From: an uncultured Verrucomicrobiae bacterium
GTDB taxonomy: Bacteria > Verrucomicrobiota > Verrucomicrobiia > Chthoniobacterales > UBA10450
Reading direction: 5' to 3'
DNA length: 64,000 bases
Assembly (NCBI GenBank): GCA_963756875.1
Contig: CAVWPA010000003.1
Location: 928,001-992,000, forward strand
Within the stretch, counting starts at the first letter, position 1, and each line of letters opens with the position of its first letter. Positions 18,630 to 29,164 of the stretch are shown here, in pieces. A program made the translations under genes and the position numbers. The notes below the pieces were generated by a model. The model saw only the letters and a program-made list of their open reading frames with translations. It was not told the origin of the DNA and searched no databases.

Positions 18630-20111
18630 ATGCAGCTCAAAACTCTCGCCGCCGCAATTCCCGTTCGCCAGATCATCGGCCCGCTTGATCGCGCAGTGGA
18701 AAGCATCGCGTATGACTCGCGCCGTGTGCAAAGGAACGGCCTGTTCGTCGCGCTGCGTGGAGAAAAATTCGACGGACACGATTTCATCGGTCAGGCAGTC
18801 GAAAAAGGCGCGTCCGTGATCGTTGCCGAGCGCGAAGAGAAGCCTCCGCGCGCCACCTGTGTTGTTGTCGAAAACAGTCGCAACGCACTGGCCGATCTCG
18901 GCGCTGTTTTTTATGGGTTTCCAGCGCGCAAACTGAAGCTCGCCGCTGTGACCGGCACAAACGGAAAGACCACGACCACATTTCTAATCAAGCATATTTG
19001 CGAAAAAGCCGGCATGCGCTGTGGTTTGATCGGGACAGTTCGTTACGAAATCGGGGAGCGCGTCCTGCCGGCGGCGCGCACCACGCCGGAATCGCTCGAC
19101 GTTCAGGAATTGCTGGCCCAAATCGTGAACGCGGGCTGCCGGGCGGCGGCCATGGAGGTTTCGTCGCACGCGCTCGCACAGGACCGCACGCGCGGCATTG
19201 AGTGGAACGTCGCGGTGTTTACGAATCTTACGCAGGACCATCTCGATTTTCACGGCACGATGGAGAATTACTTCGATGCCAAGGTGAAATTGTTCACGGG
19301 ATTGGCGCAACAACAGAAAAAGAAAAAGCCGGTGGCCATCGTGAATATCGACGACCGGCATGGCGAGCAACTGCTCGGGAAAATCGATCGTAAAATTTCT
19401 GTGACGACGTTCGGAATGGGTATGCGCGCGGATTTTCGGGCGTCGAATTATCGCATGGAGCCCGGCGGCACCTCCTATCAGCTCGATGCGCGCGGCAAAA
19501 GTTACCTGGTGCGCGTGCCGCTGATCGGCCGATTCAACGTCGCGAACTCGCTGGCCGCACTCGCCGCGGCCAACGCGCTCGGTATCGGATTACGCGAAGC
19601 GGTCCTGAGTCTCGCCAAATCGCCGCAGGTTCCCGGGCGCCTGGAGCGGGTGCCGGCCCGGCGGCAATTTCAAATGTTTATCGATTACGCGCACACGCCC
19701 GACGCATTGCTGAACGTCCTGAAGACGTTGCGCGAGCTCGATCCTCATCGCCTGATTGTCGTTTTTGGCTGCGGCGGAAACCGCGACCGGGATAAGCGGC
19801 CTCAGATGGGTGCCATTGCGGACCAATATGCGGATTATGCGATTATTACCTCCGATAATCCGCGCAAGGAAGATCCGGCCGCGATCATTAGCGAAGTTGA
19901 AAAAGGGTTTCGCTCGGATCGCTTTGAAAAAAACGTCGATCGTGCGCAGGCGATCGTCCGCGCGATCGAGCTCGCCCAGCCGCGCGACGTCATATTGATT
20001 GCGGGCAAAGGACATGAAAATTACCAGGAGTTTGCGGACCACACGGTGCCGTTCGAAGACATTCAAGTCGCGCGGCACGCGCTCGAAAATCACCCGGTGG
20101 AATTTAAATGA
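18630..20111 (+). CDS. murE: UDP-MurNAc-tripeptide synthetase (meso-DAP type)
   Basis: TGTNGKTT, MEVSSH, DHLDFH, DYAHTPD, DNPR. Confidence 0.96.
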   Translation: MQLKTLAAAIPVRQIIGPLDRAVESIAYDSRRVQRNGLFVALRGEKFDGHDFIGQAVEKGASVIVAEREEKPPRATCVVVENSRNALADLGAVFYGFPARKLKLAAVTGTNGKTTTTFLIKHICEKAGMRCGLIGTVRYEIGERVLPAARTTPESLDVQELLAQIVNAGCRAAAMEVSSHALAQDRTRGIEWNVAVFTNLTQDHLDFHGTMENYFDAKVKLFTGLAQQQKKKKPVAIVNIDDRHGEQLLGKIDRKISVTTFGMGMRADFRASNYRMEPGGTSYQLDARGKSYLVRVPLIGRFNVANSLAALAAANALGIGLREAVLSLAKSPQVPGRLERVPARRQFQMFIDYAHTPDALLNVLKTLRELDPHRLIVVFGCGGNRDRDKRPQMGAIADQYADYAIITSDNPRKEDPAAIISEVEKGFRSDRFEKNVDRAQAIVRAIELAQPRDVILIAGKGHENYQEFADHTVPFEDIQVARHALENHPVEFK

Positions 20112-20175
20112 ATCTATTGTCGATTGTACAGACCGCATAGTGTGATCGAGCGCTTTGCTGTAGAAATAAATCGGA

Positions 20176-21570
20176 ATGAATCCAACGAAACTGAAACAAA
20201 TCGCCGCACTTGCGGAAGGTAAACTCTCCGCCGGCGATGGAGATATTGTCGTTGGCAAAATCAGCACCGATTCGCGCACGGTGAAGCCTGGCGAGTTCTT
20301 TGTCGCTCTTCACGGCGAAAGCTTCGACGGCCATCAATTCGTAGAAGGCGCGGCCAAGAGCGGCGCGGCCGGCGCGATTGTTGATGCGGACTGGCAAGGC
20401 AATGTTCCGGCGCAGTTCGCGATCATTCGCGCGCGGGACACCTTGCAGGCCTATCAAAATCTGGCTGCCAATTATCGCAGATCGCTCCCACTCAAGGTGC
20501 TTGCCATTACCGGCAGCAACGGCAAGACGAGCACGAAAGATTTTGCCGCATCCGTTCTGGCGCGAAAATTTCGCGTCACAAAAACCGAGGGCAATTTCAA
20601 CAATCACGTCGGTCTCCCGCGGACGATGCTGGAGGCGACTTCGGAAGATCAAATCGCGGTTTGGGAGATCGGCATGAATCATCCGGGCGAAGTTGCCGCG
20701 CTGGCGAAGATCGCCGCACCGGATGTGGCCATCATCACAAACGTCGGCATCGCGCATATCGAATTCATGGGGTCACAGGAGGCGATCGCGGCGGAAAAAG
20801 GCGCCCTTGCCGAAGCGGTGGGGCCGCATGGAACGGTCATTTTGAACGCCGACGACCCTTTCAATAAGGAGATCGCCGGGAGAACGCGCGCCAGAGTGAT
20901 GCTTGCGGGGACCAGCGGCGGGACAGTTCACGCGACGGATATTCAACAGAGCTCCGATGGATCGGAGTTCACAATTTTGGAAGGAGCGCATCGCTGTCGC
21001 GCGCAGCTTCCCGTGCCGGGTTTGCACATGGTGCAGAACGCATTGCTCGCTGTCGCGGCCGGCCGCACATTTGGATTGTCGCTGGAGGAATGCGCCGCTG
21101 GTCTCGCAGCCGCACCGCTTACAAAAGCGCGTCTGCAAATCAAGGAAATCGACGGAGTCCGGTTTCTCGACGATAGCTACAACGCGAATCCCGATTCGAT
21201 GAAGGCGGCGTTGCGCACGCTCAAGGAGCTCGATGTGGACGGAAAACGCATCGCCATCCTCGGGGAGATGCGGGAACTGGGTGCCGAATCGGAACGCAGC
21301 CATCGGGAAGTGGGCCAGACGGCAGCGGAGCTGGAGATCGATCAGTTGATCGCGATCGGCGAAATAGGGGCCGGCATCGCCACTGCCGCAATGAAAGCCG
21401 GTTTGGAAAGGAGCGTCTCCGTGGATTCGACGACTGAAGCCGCGGAACTTCTGGCGGAGATCGCGGAGCCCGGCGATCTGGTTTTAATCAAGGGCAGCCG
21501 CCTCGCAAAGACAGAGCGGGTAATCGACGAGTTTGCCAGGCGACGGAGACCGGAGGGCGTGTCGCCATGA
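20176..21570 (+). CDS. murF: UDP-MurNAc-pentapeptide synthetase
   Basis: TGSNGKTSTK, NFNNHVG, EIGMNH, DSYNANP, KGSR. Confidence 0.96.
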   Translation: MNPTKLKQIAALAEGKLSAGDGDIVVGKISTDSRTVKPGEFFVALHGESFDGHQFVEGAAKSGAAGAIVDADWQGNVPAQFAIIRARDTLQAYQNLAANYRRSLPLKVLAITGSNGKTSTKDFAASVLARKFRVTKTEGNFNNHVGLPRTMLEATSEDQIAVWEIGMNHPGEVAALAKIAAPDVAIITNVGIAHIEFMGSQEAIAAEKGALAEAVGPHGTVILNADDPFNKEIAGRTRARVMLAGTSGGTVHATDIQQSSDGSEFTILEGAHRCRAQLPVPGLHMVQNALLAVAAGRTFGLSLEECAAGLAAAPLTKARLQIKEIDGVRFLDDSYNANPDSMKAALRTLKELDVDGKRIAILGEMRELGAESERSHREVGQTAAELEIDQLIAIGEIGAGIATAAMKAGLERSVSVDSTTEAAELLAEIAEPGDLVLIKGSRLAKTERVIDEFARRRRPEGVSP

Positions 21571-22667
21571 TGTTCCTTCTTCATCGGCTGAGCGATCAAT
21601 TCGGCGGCTTTAACGTGTTCTTCTACGTCACGTTCCGCGCAGTTGCCGCGGCGGTGACTGCATTCATCCTGTCGCTTGTTTTTGGAAACGTGGTAATTCG
21701 CAAGCTGACGGCGCTGAAGCTGGGTCAGCCAATTCGCGCGGCGGCAGAGGTCCACCGGCTGGCGGAGTTGCACGGCGGGAAACAGGGGACGCCCACAATG
21801 GGTGGCGTGCTGATTATTGGGACTGTATTCATCTCAAGCGTGCTTTGGGCGCGACCCGACAATCGCTTCGTCTGGCTCGTTCTTTTCACCATGCTCTATC
21901 TCGGCGCGCTTGGATTTGCGGACGATTACTTGAAGGTGACCAAAAAGAAGTCCGACGGCGTAAGCGGCCGCGTGAAGCTCTTCTTTCAAATCATTCTCGC
22001 GCTCGTCGTGACGGCGGTTTTCCTCACCAGTCCGTTGCTCGACGTGCAAGCCCGGTCGCTCTACGTGCCCTTTTTCAAATCGCCGCTCATCACGAACATG
22101 GGATGGTTTACCCTGATCTTTTTCGCGGTGGTAATCGTCGGTTCCTCGAATGCGGTCAACCTGACCGACGGGCTCGATGGCCTGGCGATCGGCTGCACGA
22201 TCACGGTTACCTTTGCCTATGCGTTGCTTTCGTACGCCGGTGGAAATTTTCGGATCGCCGAATATTTGCAAGTTCCGTTCTATCCGTTTACCGGCGAGCT
22301 TACGGTCGTATGCGCGGCGCTTGTCGGCGCCGGTCTCGGCTTTCTTTGGTTTAACTGTTATCCCGCGAAAGTTTTCATGGGCGACACCGGTTCGCTTGCC
22401 ATCGGTGGCATGATCGGAGTCGTCGCGATCTGTTGTAAGCAGGAGCTGCTTCTGGCCGTGGTAGGCGGGGTTTTCGTCATCGAAGCGGTCTCGGTGATTC
22501 TCCAGGTGATCAGTTTTCAACTGACGGGCCGCCGTATCTTCGCCATGTCGCCCCTGCACCATCATTTCGAGCTGGTTGGATGGAAAGAAAACACGGTGAT
22601 CGTGCGCTTTTGGATTCTCTCGGCCGTCTTTGCGCTGCTCGGTCTGGCCACTTTGAAGCTGAGGTGA
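21567..22667 (+). CDS. mraY: Phospho-MurNAc-pentapeptide transferase
   Basis: GTPTMGG, DDY, NAVNLTDGLDG, FMGDTG, PLHHHFE. Confidence 0.97.
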   Translation: MMFLLHRLSDQFGGFNVFFYVTFRAVAAAVTAFILSLVFGNVVIRKLTALKLGQPIRAAAEVHRLAELHGGKQGTPTMGGVLIIGTVFISSVLWARPDNRFVWLVLFTMLYLGALGFADDYLKVTKKKSDGVSGRVKLFFQIILALVVTAVFLTSPLLDVQARSLYVPFFKSPLITNMGWFTLIFFAVVIVGSSNAVNLTDGLDGLAIGCTITVTFAYALLSYAGGNFRIAEYLQVPFYPFTGELTVVCAALVGAGLGFLWFNCYPAKVFMGDTGSLAIGGMIGVVAICCKQELLLAVVGGVFVIEAVSVILQVISFQLTGRRIFAMSPLHHHFELVGWKENTVIVRFWILSAVFALLGLATLKLR

Positions 22668-22671
22668 ACCA

Positions 22672-23997
22672 TTGCGTTACCAGAATAAAAACGTGGCAGT
22701 GCTCGGAGCGGGTCTAAGCGGCGCGGCGGCGGCGCTTCTTCTTAAAGATGAGGGCGCGAATGTGACCGTGCTCGACAGCGCCCAGGAGAAAGAGTTGCTC
22801 AAGTCCACTGTCGAGAATCTGCGGGGGAAAGGTGTGCGCGTTGTATGCGGCGCGGCGGCAGATCGGGATTCGAGCAAATACGATTTTGTAGTCTCAAGTC
22901 CCGGAATCGATCCGGCGGCGCCGCTGGCGGCTAATTTTTCGTCGCGCAACATCGAGATCATCGGTGAGCTGGAGCTCGGCTGGCGCTCCTGCGAAATACC
23001 CGTTATCGCGGTGACCGGAACAAACGGCAAGACCACCACGACCGAATTGCTGGCACAAATGCTGAATGAAGCCGGTCAAAAAACCATCGCATGCGGGAAT
23101 ATCGGCAAGCCTCTGTCAGAAGTTGCGCACGAGAAAAAGAGCCTCGATGTGCTCACAGTCGAGGTCAGTTCGTTTCAATTGGAAACGATCAAAACGTTCC
23201 GACCGTCGATTTCTGTCTGGTTGAATTTTGCGCCCGATCATCTCGATCGTTATCGTTCGGTCGCTGAATATCGCGCAGCCAAGCTGCGCATTTTCGAAAA
23301 CCAGACTGCCGACGACGTCGCAGTCGTTAACGCCAATGAAAGCCTGCCGGAGATCCGGCCGCGTCAGATCACTTTCAGCGCTTATACCAATCGCGCCGAT
23401 TTCCGTTTGGCCGAGGGCGCAATCGTTTATGACAACAAGCCGGTCCTGCGTTTGGCCGAAGCGAAATTGCGCGGGTCGCATAACATCGAAAATATGATGG
23501 CCGTCCTGGCGGCCGGCATGGCGCGCGGCCTGGCGTTTGAGAAAATGGTCTCGCCGCTTTGCGCGTATGAGCCGCGGCCGCATCGGTGCGAATTTGTCAG
23601 GGAGGTCAACGGAGTCGATTACGTTAACGATTCCAAGGCCACAAACCTTGATGCGGTCGAAAAGGCGCTCCTGGCGCAAAGCAAGCCAGTCATTCTGATT
23701 GCCGGTGGCAAGGACAAGGGTTTCAGTTTCGAGCCGTTGCGGGCGCTGGTGAAAGAAAAGGTGAGATCGTCGGTTTTAATCGGCCAGATGGCCCGGAGGA
23801 TCGCGCACGATTGGGAGGGCGCGGTCAAGACCGAGCTGGCAGCGTCACTGGCCGATGCAGTCGAGCGGGCGCACGCCACTGCCAAATCGGGCGAGGTCGT
23901 TCTTTTTTCGCCCGGCACATCTTCATTCGACATGTTCAAAAGCTACGCAGATCGCGGCGATCAGTTTCGCGCTCTGGTGCAATCGCTCCCCAAATGA
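22672..23997 (+). CDS. murD: UDP-MurNAc-L-Ala:D-Glu ligase
   Basis: SPGI, TGTNGKTT, EVSSFQL, DHLDRY, NDSKATN, SFDMF. Confidence 0.96.
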   Translation: MRYQNKNVAVLGAGLSGAAAALLLKDEGANVTVLDSAQEKELLKSTVENLRGKGVRVVCGAAADRDSSKYDFVVSSPGIDPAAPLAANFSSRNIEIIGELELGWRSCEIPVIAVTGTNGKTTTTELLAQMLNEAGQKTIACGNIGKPLSEVAHEKKSLDVLTVEVSSFQLETIKTFRPSISVWLNFAPDHLDRYRSVAEYRAAKLRIFENQTADDVAVVNANESLPEIRPRQITFSAYTNRADFRLAEGAIVYDNKPVLRLAEAKLRGSHNIENMMAVLAAGMARGLAFEKMVSPLCAYEPRPHRCEFVREVNGVDYVNDSKATNLDAVEKALLAQSKPVILIAGGKDKGFSFEPLRALVKEKVRSSVLIGQMARRIAHDWEGAVKTELAASLADAVERAHATAKSGEVVLFSPGTSSFDMFKSYADRGDQFRALVQSLPK

Positions 23998-24578
23998 AAA
24001 GAAAACTGAGAACCCCCAGGTTGTTTGGATTCAAACGCAACAAGCTCCGCGCCAGCACCGCCCAGCGACGTCTGCGCATTGGCGCCGCGGCCGATTACGA
24101 CGAAATCGCCGAACCGAATATGAAACTGTCGCGCGCTTTATTAATCGTGCTGTTGCTGCACGTGGTCGCCGTCGCCGGAATCGTCGCGTTCAATGCCATC
24201 AAGACACGTCAAAAAGCGTTCGCCACGGTGCCCGATCTTCTCGCCAGCACTTCAAATCCCGCGGTAGTGGCGACAAAACCCGCCGGCACGACTCCGGTTG
24301 CTGCAAGTCCGCAAAAAGCAAATGCGCAGACTGGCGCCAAAGACGAACGCAAAACCAATCGCGCGAAACATAACGAAGGAGTCAAAGGCCCGACGGATTC
24401 GGGCAAGGTCTACGTTGTGGTGAAAGGCGACAATCCGGTAACGATCGCGAAAAGATTCAGGGTCGCCTACGAGGACTTGATCGCGCTCAATCACATTGAG
24501 GATCCGCGCAAATTACAGATTGGCCAGAAGCTTTTGATTCCGACCCGGCCTCCAAAGTCGAAAAAGGGCGATGAATAA
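23994..24578 (+). CDS. Membrane-anchored LysM peptidoglycan-binding protein
   Basis: Transmembrane helix, linker, YVVVKGDNPVTIAKRF...LQIGQKLLIP. Confidence 0.85.
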   Translation: MKRKLRTPRLFGFKRNKLRASTAQRRLRIGAAADYDEIAEPNMKLSRALLIVLLLHVVAVAGIVAFNAIKTRQKAFATVPDLLASTSNPAVVATKPAGTTPVAASPQKANAQTGAKDERKTNRAKHNEGVKGPTDSGKVYVVVKGDNPVTIAKRFRVAYEDLIALNHIEDPRKLQIGQKLLIPTRPPKSKKGDE

Positions 24579-24580
24579 CG

Positions 24581-25717
24581 ATGCATCGTAAAAGCGCGTA
24601 TTTCCTGTTTCTCGCCGTGCTCGGCGTGCTCGTCATCGGCATCGTAATGCTTTTTAGCACGAGCGCATTTGCCCGCGACACGCATGGCGACGCGTATTTT
24701 TTTCTCAAACGCCAGGCGCTCTGGCTCGGGGTGGGGCTTGCTCTTTGCATCATCACGGCGCTTATCGATTATCATTTTTGGCAGCGCACCTGGTGGCTGT
24801 GGTTCGCTGTCGCGCTGGCCACGCTGGTGTTCTGCTTCATTCCGCATGTTGGGATGCGCATCAATGGTTCGCGGCGCTGGGTCGGTGTGGGACCGTTTGC
24901 TTTCCAGCCTTCCGAGATCGCGAAAGTTGCGGTGGTCTTTTTCCTGGCATGGTGGTTTACGCGTTACGAAAAGGCGCGTAACCATCCGCTCTTTGGATTT
25001 GCCATTCCTCTCGCCATTGTCAGCGTCCTGCTGTTGCTGATCCTCTTCGAGGTGGATCTCGGGACAACGGCGCTCATTGGAGCGACGATGTTTGTGGTGA
25101 TGTTCGTTGCCGGCGCAAACCCGATTTTTCTGGGCTTACTGGCCGTCGCGGGCAGCGGCGCGATTTTTTTCGCGGCGGCCCACGAGCGCATGGGACGCTT
25201 AATCGCGTTCACCGATCTCGAGCGCTACCAGCAGGACGCGGGTTTGCAGCAGATGCAGGCGCTGATTGCGTGGGGCAGTGGCGGCATGGAAGGCCTCGGA
25301 CTGGGGCATGGCCGTGAAAAGATGCTCTACCTGCCTTATGCGCACACGGATTTTATTTTTCCGATGATCGGCGAAGAGCTCGGGCTGCGGGTCAGTTTGT
25401 TGGTCATCTTTTTCTTTCTGGCGATCATCGTTTGCGGAATCCTGATTGCGCTGCATTCAAAAGATCGCTTCGGTCTGCTTGCCGGATGCGGCATCGTTTC
25501 GCTGATCGGTTTGCAGGCCGCCGTCAATATCGGGGTGACCACATCCTTGTTGCCGAACAAGGGATTGCCGCTTCCTTTTGTCAGCTACGGCGGTTCCAAT
25601 CTCATCGCCTGTCTGTTCGGCATCGGTTTGTTGCTGAATATCTACCGTCAGGGTGTGTTTGAGACGGTGAACAAGAAAGGGACCGCGCTGCAATTGCGCG
25701 TGACGCCCCGGATTTAA
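24581..25717 (+). CDS. ftsW: SEDS glycosyltransferase FtsW
   Basis: INGSRRW, QPSEIAK, LPYAHTDFIF, KGLPLPFVSYGGS. Confidence 0.95.
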   Translation: MHRKSAYFLFLAVLGVLVIGIVMLFSTSAFARDTHGDAYFFLKRQALWLGVGLALCIITALIDYHFWQRTWWLWFAVALATLVFCFIPHVGMRINGSRRWVGVGPFAFQPSEIAKVAVVFFLAWWFTRYEKARNHPLFGFAIPLAIVSVLLLLILFEVDLGTTALIGATMFVVMFVAGANPIFLGLLAVAGSGAIFFAAAHERMGRLIAFTDLERYQQDAGLQQMQALIAWGSGGMEGLGLGHGREKMLYLPYAHTDFIFPMIGEELGLRVSLLVIFFFLAIIVCGILIALHSKDRFGLLAGCGIVSLIGLQAAVNIGVTTSLLPNKGLPLPFVSYGGSNLIACLFGIGLLLNIYRQGVFETVNKKGTALQLRVTPRI

Positions 25718-25742
25718 TTACGGATTCGAACCAACAACACTC

Positions 25743-26840
25743 ATGAACGCCATCATCGCATGTGGAGGGACCGGAGGACATCTTTTCCCGGGCATTGCCG
25801 TGGCCGAAACACTGCGCGCCCGCGGTCATCAGGTGATGTTGTTTGTTTCGGAAAAGGAGATCGACAGCCTGGCGCTTTCGACCCGCTCGGAATTCCAGTT
25901 TGAAAAGTTACCGACAATCGGCTTTCCCTCGTTGTCCTCGCCTGCCATTCTCGGATTCATCCGCCGTTTCATCGAAAGCCTTTCCATTTGCCGGTCCATT
26001 TACAAAAGATTTAATCCGCATGCAGTCCTCGGGATGGGGGGCTTTACTTCCACCGCGCCGATCATGGCCGGACGCATGCGCGGCATCTCCACTTTTATCC
26101 ACGAATCGAATGCCGTCCCGGGCAAGGCGAACCGGTTCACCGCGCGGATGGTGCGCGCCGTCCTGCTGGGTTTCAAGGAATGCGCGCAGTTCTTTCCCAA
26201 ATCACGCACCGAATTTACGGGCACACCCATTCGCAGCGAACTCAAACGGCTCGATCGGAAAATCGCGCGGGAGAAGCTTGGCTTAAGCGGCGACCTCGCC
26301 ACCTTGCTGGTGATGGGTGGGAGCCAGGGCGCCAGCGGGATCAACCGGGCCATGATTAAATCGTTGCCGTTATTGCACGATCTGCCGTTGCAAGTGATCC
26401 ATCTTTCCGGGGAGCGTGACGAAAGCCTTGTGGCGGACAATTACCGGCGCGAAAAAATTCCTGCCCATGTGGCTGCTTTTCATCATCGTATGGAAGAAGC
26501 TTACAGCGCTGCTGATCTTGCCGTCGCACGCTCCGGAGCCGCCAGCCTGGCCGAACTAGCGGCCTTTGCGCTGCCTGCCATCCTGATTCCGTTTCCCTAT
26601 GCGGCGGACGATCATCAAACGCGCAATGCCGAAATCTTTACCCGCGCCGAGGCGGCGATTCTTTTAAAAGAATCCGAGCTGTCGGCCGATTTGCTCGCGC
26701 ATAAAATCAAGGAACTCATTACTGATTCGGGAAAGCTTAAGCGGATGTCGGAAGCCGGCGGGCGCCTCGCTCCGAACGATGCGGCTGGCCGTGTCGTCGC
26801 AACCATGGAGGAATATACGAATCATGACGTCCATGCCTGA
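25743..26840 (+). CDS. murG: MurG glycosyltransferase
   Basis: GGTGGH, HESN, GGSQGA, RSGA, HQTRNA. Confidence 0.96.
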   Translation: MNAIIACGGTGGHLFPGIAVAETLRARGHQVMLFVSEKEIDSLALSTRSEFQFEKLPTIGFPSLSSPAILGFIRRFIESLSICRSIYKRFNPHAVLGMGGFTSTAPIMAGRMRGISTFIHESNAVPGKANRFTARMVRAVLLGFKECAQFFPKSRTEFTGTPIRSELKRLDRKIAREKLGLSGDLATLLVMGGSQGASGINRAMIKSLPLLHDLPLQVIHLSGERDESLVADNYRREKIPAHVAAFHHRMEEAYSAADLAVARSGAASLAELAAFALPAILIPFPYAADDHQTRNAEIFTRAEAAILLKESELSADLLAHKIKELITDSGKLKRMSEAGGRLAPNDAAGRVVATMEEYTNHDVHA

Positions 26841-29121
26841 TTCCAACCTGGCGACGGTGCTCACGCGCGAGCATCATAAAGTCCACCTCATCGGTGTCGC
26901 GGGCAGTGGAATGAGCGGGCTGGCCGCGCTGTTGCTCGAGCTCGGACACGAAGTCAGCGGATCGGACAAGGTCAGCACGCAGGAGACCGATCGTTTGCAA
27001 CGGCTCGGCCTGCGCTTTTTCAGGGGACATCGCGCCCAGGAGACAGCCGATGCCGAACTGATCGTTTTTTCGTCTGCAATCAAGGCCGACAATCCCATTC
27101 TCATTCAGGCGGCCAAGGCCGGGAAACCAATACTCCGGCGTGCCGAGGCTCTCGCCGCCCTCATGTCGGGCAAGCGGGGCATTCTCATTGCAGGCATGCA
27201 CGGGAAGACCACCACCTCCGCGATGACGGCGCATGTGTTACGCGAGGGCGGTTTGCACCCCTCACATTATGTTGGCGCGGAAATTCCCATTCTTGGGACC
27301 AACGCCCACTGGGACGCGCGCGGCGACTATTTTGTGGCCGAAGGAGACGAAAGTGACGGGACGATCAGGTTTTTTCATCCGGAACACACGCTTCTTCTTA
27401 ATATAGAGGAGGAGCACCTCGACTATTACGCGGACCTGGCCGCTATCGAGAAGGTCTTCACCCAGCTGATCGAGCAGACAAGGGGAAAAGTCTTTTACAG
27501 CGCCGATGATCGCCATGCGGCGCGAGTATGCGGAAGCTGCCCGCGCGGAGTCTCCTACGGTTTCGCCGAAGGGGTCGATTATCGAGGCGCCGACGTCGAG
27601 CTGAAAGACTTTACGTCGAACTTCAGTGTTTATCATGGCGGCAAACGGCTTGGGGAAGCAGTCTTGAATGTTCCGGGAGAACATAACGTTCATAATGCGG
27701 TCGGTGTAATCGCGCTGGCGACCGAGCTTGGAATTCCCTTCGAAAAAATCGCCGCCTCATTGCGCAAGTTCGAACACGCGCGTCGCCGGTTTGAAATCAA
27801 ATATGCGAGCGACCGTTTTTTGCTGGTGGACGATTACGCGCATCATCCCACTGAAATTCGGGCGACGCTGAAGACGGCGCGGGCAACGCGACACAAGCGG
27901 GTGTTAACGATGTTCCAACCGCATCGCTTTTCACGAACGAAGGCGTTATGCAGGGAGTTTGGCCGGTCTTTTGACGATGCGGACAAGGTTGTTGTCACAG
28001 ACGTCTATGCCGCCAGCGAAACGCCGCTGCCCGGCATCAGCGGCAAAACGATTGCCGACGAAATCATGGCGCATGGACACACCGGAGTGACATATGAGCC
28101 GCGGCTGAACTGGGTCCATCGCGACATTGGCAATATGCTCGATCCCGGAGATCTTGTGCTGAGCCTGGGTGCCGGAAACATTCACGAACAACTATCGATC
28201 CTGGCCGCAGATCTTGTGGTCGCCGAAAGCTTGAAGGCGATCGTCGGTGAAGAAGGCGAAGTACGTCTGTACGAACCGCTCTCCAAACATACGACACTGC
28301 GAGTAGGCGGTCCGGCGCAATTCTGGGTGGAGCCGCGCAGTGAAAGGGCCTTTGCAGAAGTAATTCGCCTTTGCGCGAGCGAAAACCTCCCGCTTTTTGT
28401 TATCGGCCGCGGTTCCAATCTGCTGGTGCGCGACGGTGGAATTTCCGGCGTCGTCGTTCATCCCTGCGGGGGCGATTTCGACAAGATCCAGATCCACGGC
28501 GAGGAAATTAGCGCTGGCGCAGGGGTTAAATTAAAGGAGCTGGCGTACGCCGGAAAGAAAGCCGGTCTCACCGGCCTCGAATGGATGGAAGGGATTCCCG
28601 GGGAAGTCGGCGGCGGGTTGCGCATGAATGCCGGAGCGATGGGTGCGCAGACTCTCGAGAACGTCGTTAGTGTTCGCTATCTCGATGCAGAAGGAAATCC
28701 ACACACCAAGAGGCGTGATGCGCTGGAAGTGCATTACCGGAACTTCCCGCTGCTGAAGAATAATTTTGCCGTTTCCGCGACCTTTCGAGGGAAACCTGCG
28801 CCCGGCAGCGAGATTATTCGGAAGCTGGGAGAATCGCAGGAAAAACGGCGCACCAGTCAGCCAATCGCCAAAAGCGCGGGGTGTATTTTTAAGAACCCGG
28901 ATTCATGCCCGGCTGGAAAACTGGTCGATGAACTGGGACTCAAAAATTCGCATGTTGGAAATGCCCGTGTTTCCGACGTGCACGGGAATTTCATTGTGAA
29001 TGACGGCGGGGCCACCGCGGCGGAGATGCTGGAACTAATCGACAGGATCAAGACGACTGCGCGAACAAAGCGGGGGATCGAATTGGAAACCGAAGTGCAA
29101 ATTGTGGGAGAGCCCGCATGA
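26824..29121 (+). CDS. murC-murB: MurC-MurB fusion protein
   Basis: MurC motifs (GVAGSGMS, HGKTTT, EGDESD, DDYAHHPTE) fused in frame to MurB motifs (IGRGSNLL, GIPGEVGG...MNAGA, SAGCIFKNP, LETEV). Confidence 0.95.
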   Translation: MTSMPDSNLATVLTREHHKVHLIGVAGSGMSGLAALLLELGHEVSGSDKVSTQETDRLQRLGLRFFRGHRAQETADAELIVFSSAIKADNPILIQAAKAGKPILRRAEALAALMSGKRGILIAGMHGKTTTSAMTAHVLREGGLHPSHYVGAEIPILGTNAHWDARGDYFVAEGDESDGTIRFFHPEHTLLLNIEEEHLDYYADLAAIEKVFTQLIEQTRGKVFYSADDRHAARVCGSCPRGVSYGFAEGVDYRGADVELKDFTSNFSVYHGGKRLGEAVLNVPGEHNVHNAVGVIALATELGIPFEKIAASLRKFEHARRRFEIKYASDRFLLVDDYAHHPTEIRATLKTARATRHKRVLTMFQPHRFSRTKALCREFGRSFDDADKVVVTDVYAASETPLPGISGKTIADEIMAHGHTGVTYEPRLNWVHRDIGNMLDPGDLVLSLGAGNIHEQLSILAADLVVAESLKAIVGEEGEVRLYEPLSKHTTLRVGGPAQFWVEPRSERAFAEVIRLCASENLPLFVIGRGSNLLVRDGGISGVVVHPCGGDFDKIQIHGEEISAGAGVKLKELAYAGKKAGLTGLEWMEGIPGEVGGGLRMNAGAMGAQTLENVVSVRYLDAEGNPHTKRRDALEVHYRNFPLLKNNFAVSATFRGKPAPGSEIIRKLGESQEKRRTSQPIAKSAGCIFKNPDSCPAGKLVDELGLKNSHVGNARVSDVHGNFIVNDGGATAAEMLELIDRIKTTARTKRGIELETEVQIVGEPA

Positions 29122-29164
29122 ATTTTAATTTACGGTCACTGCCAAACACGAGCGTAACGATTTG

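Noticed and set aside
26824..29121. MurC-MurB fusion as a novel system
   Set aside because: Already described in Verrucomicrobia
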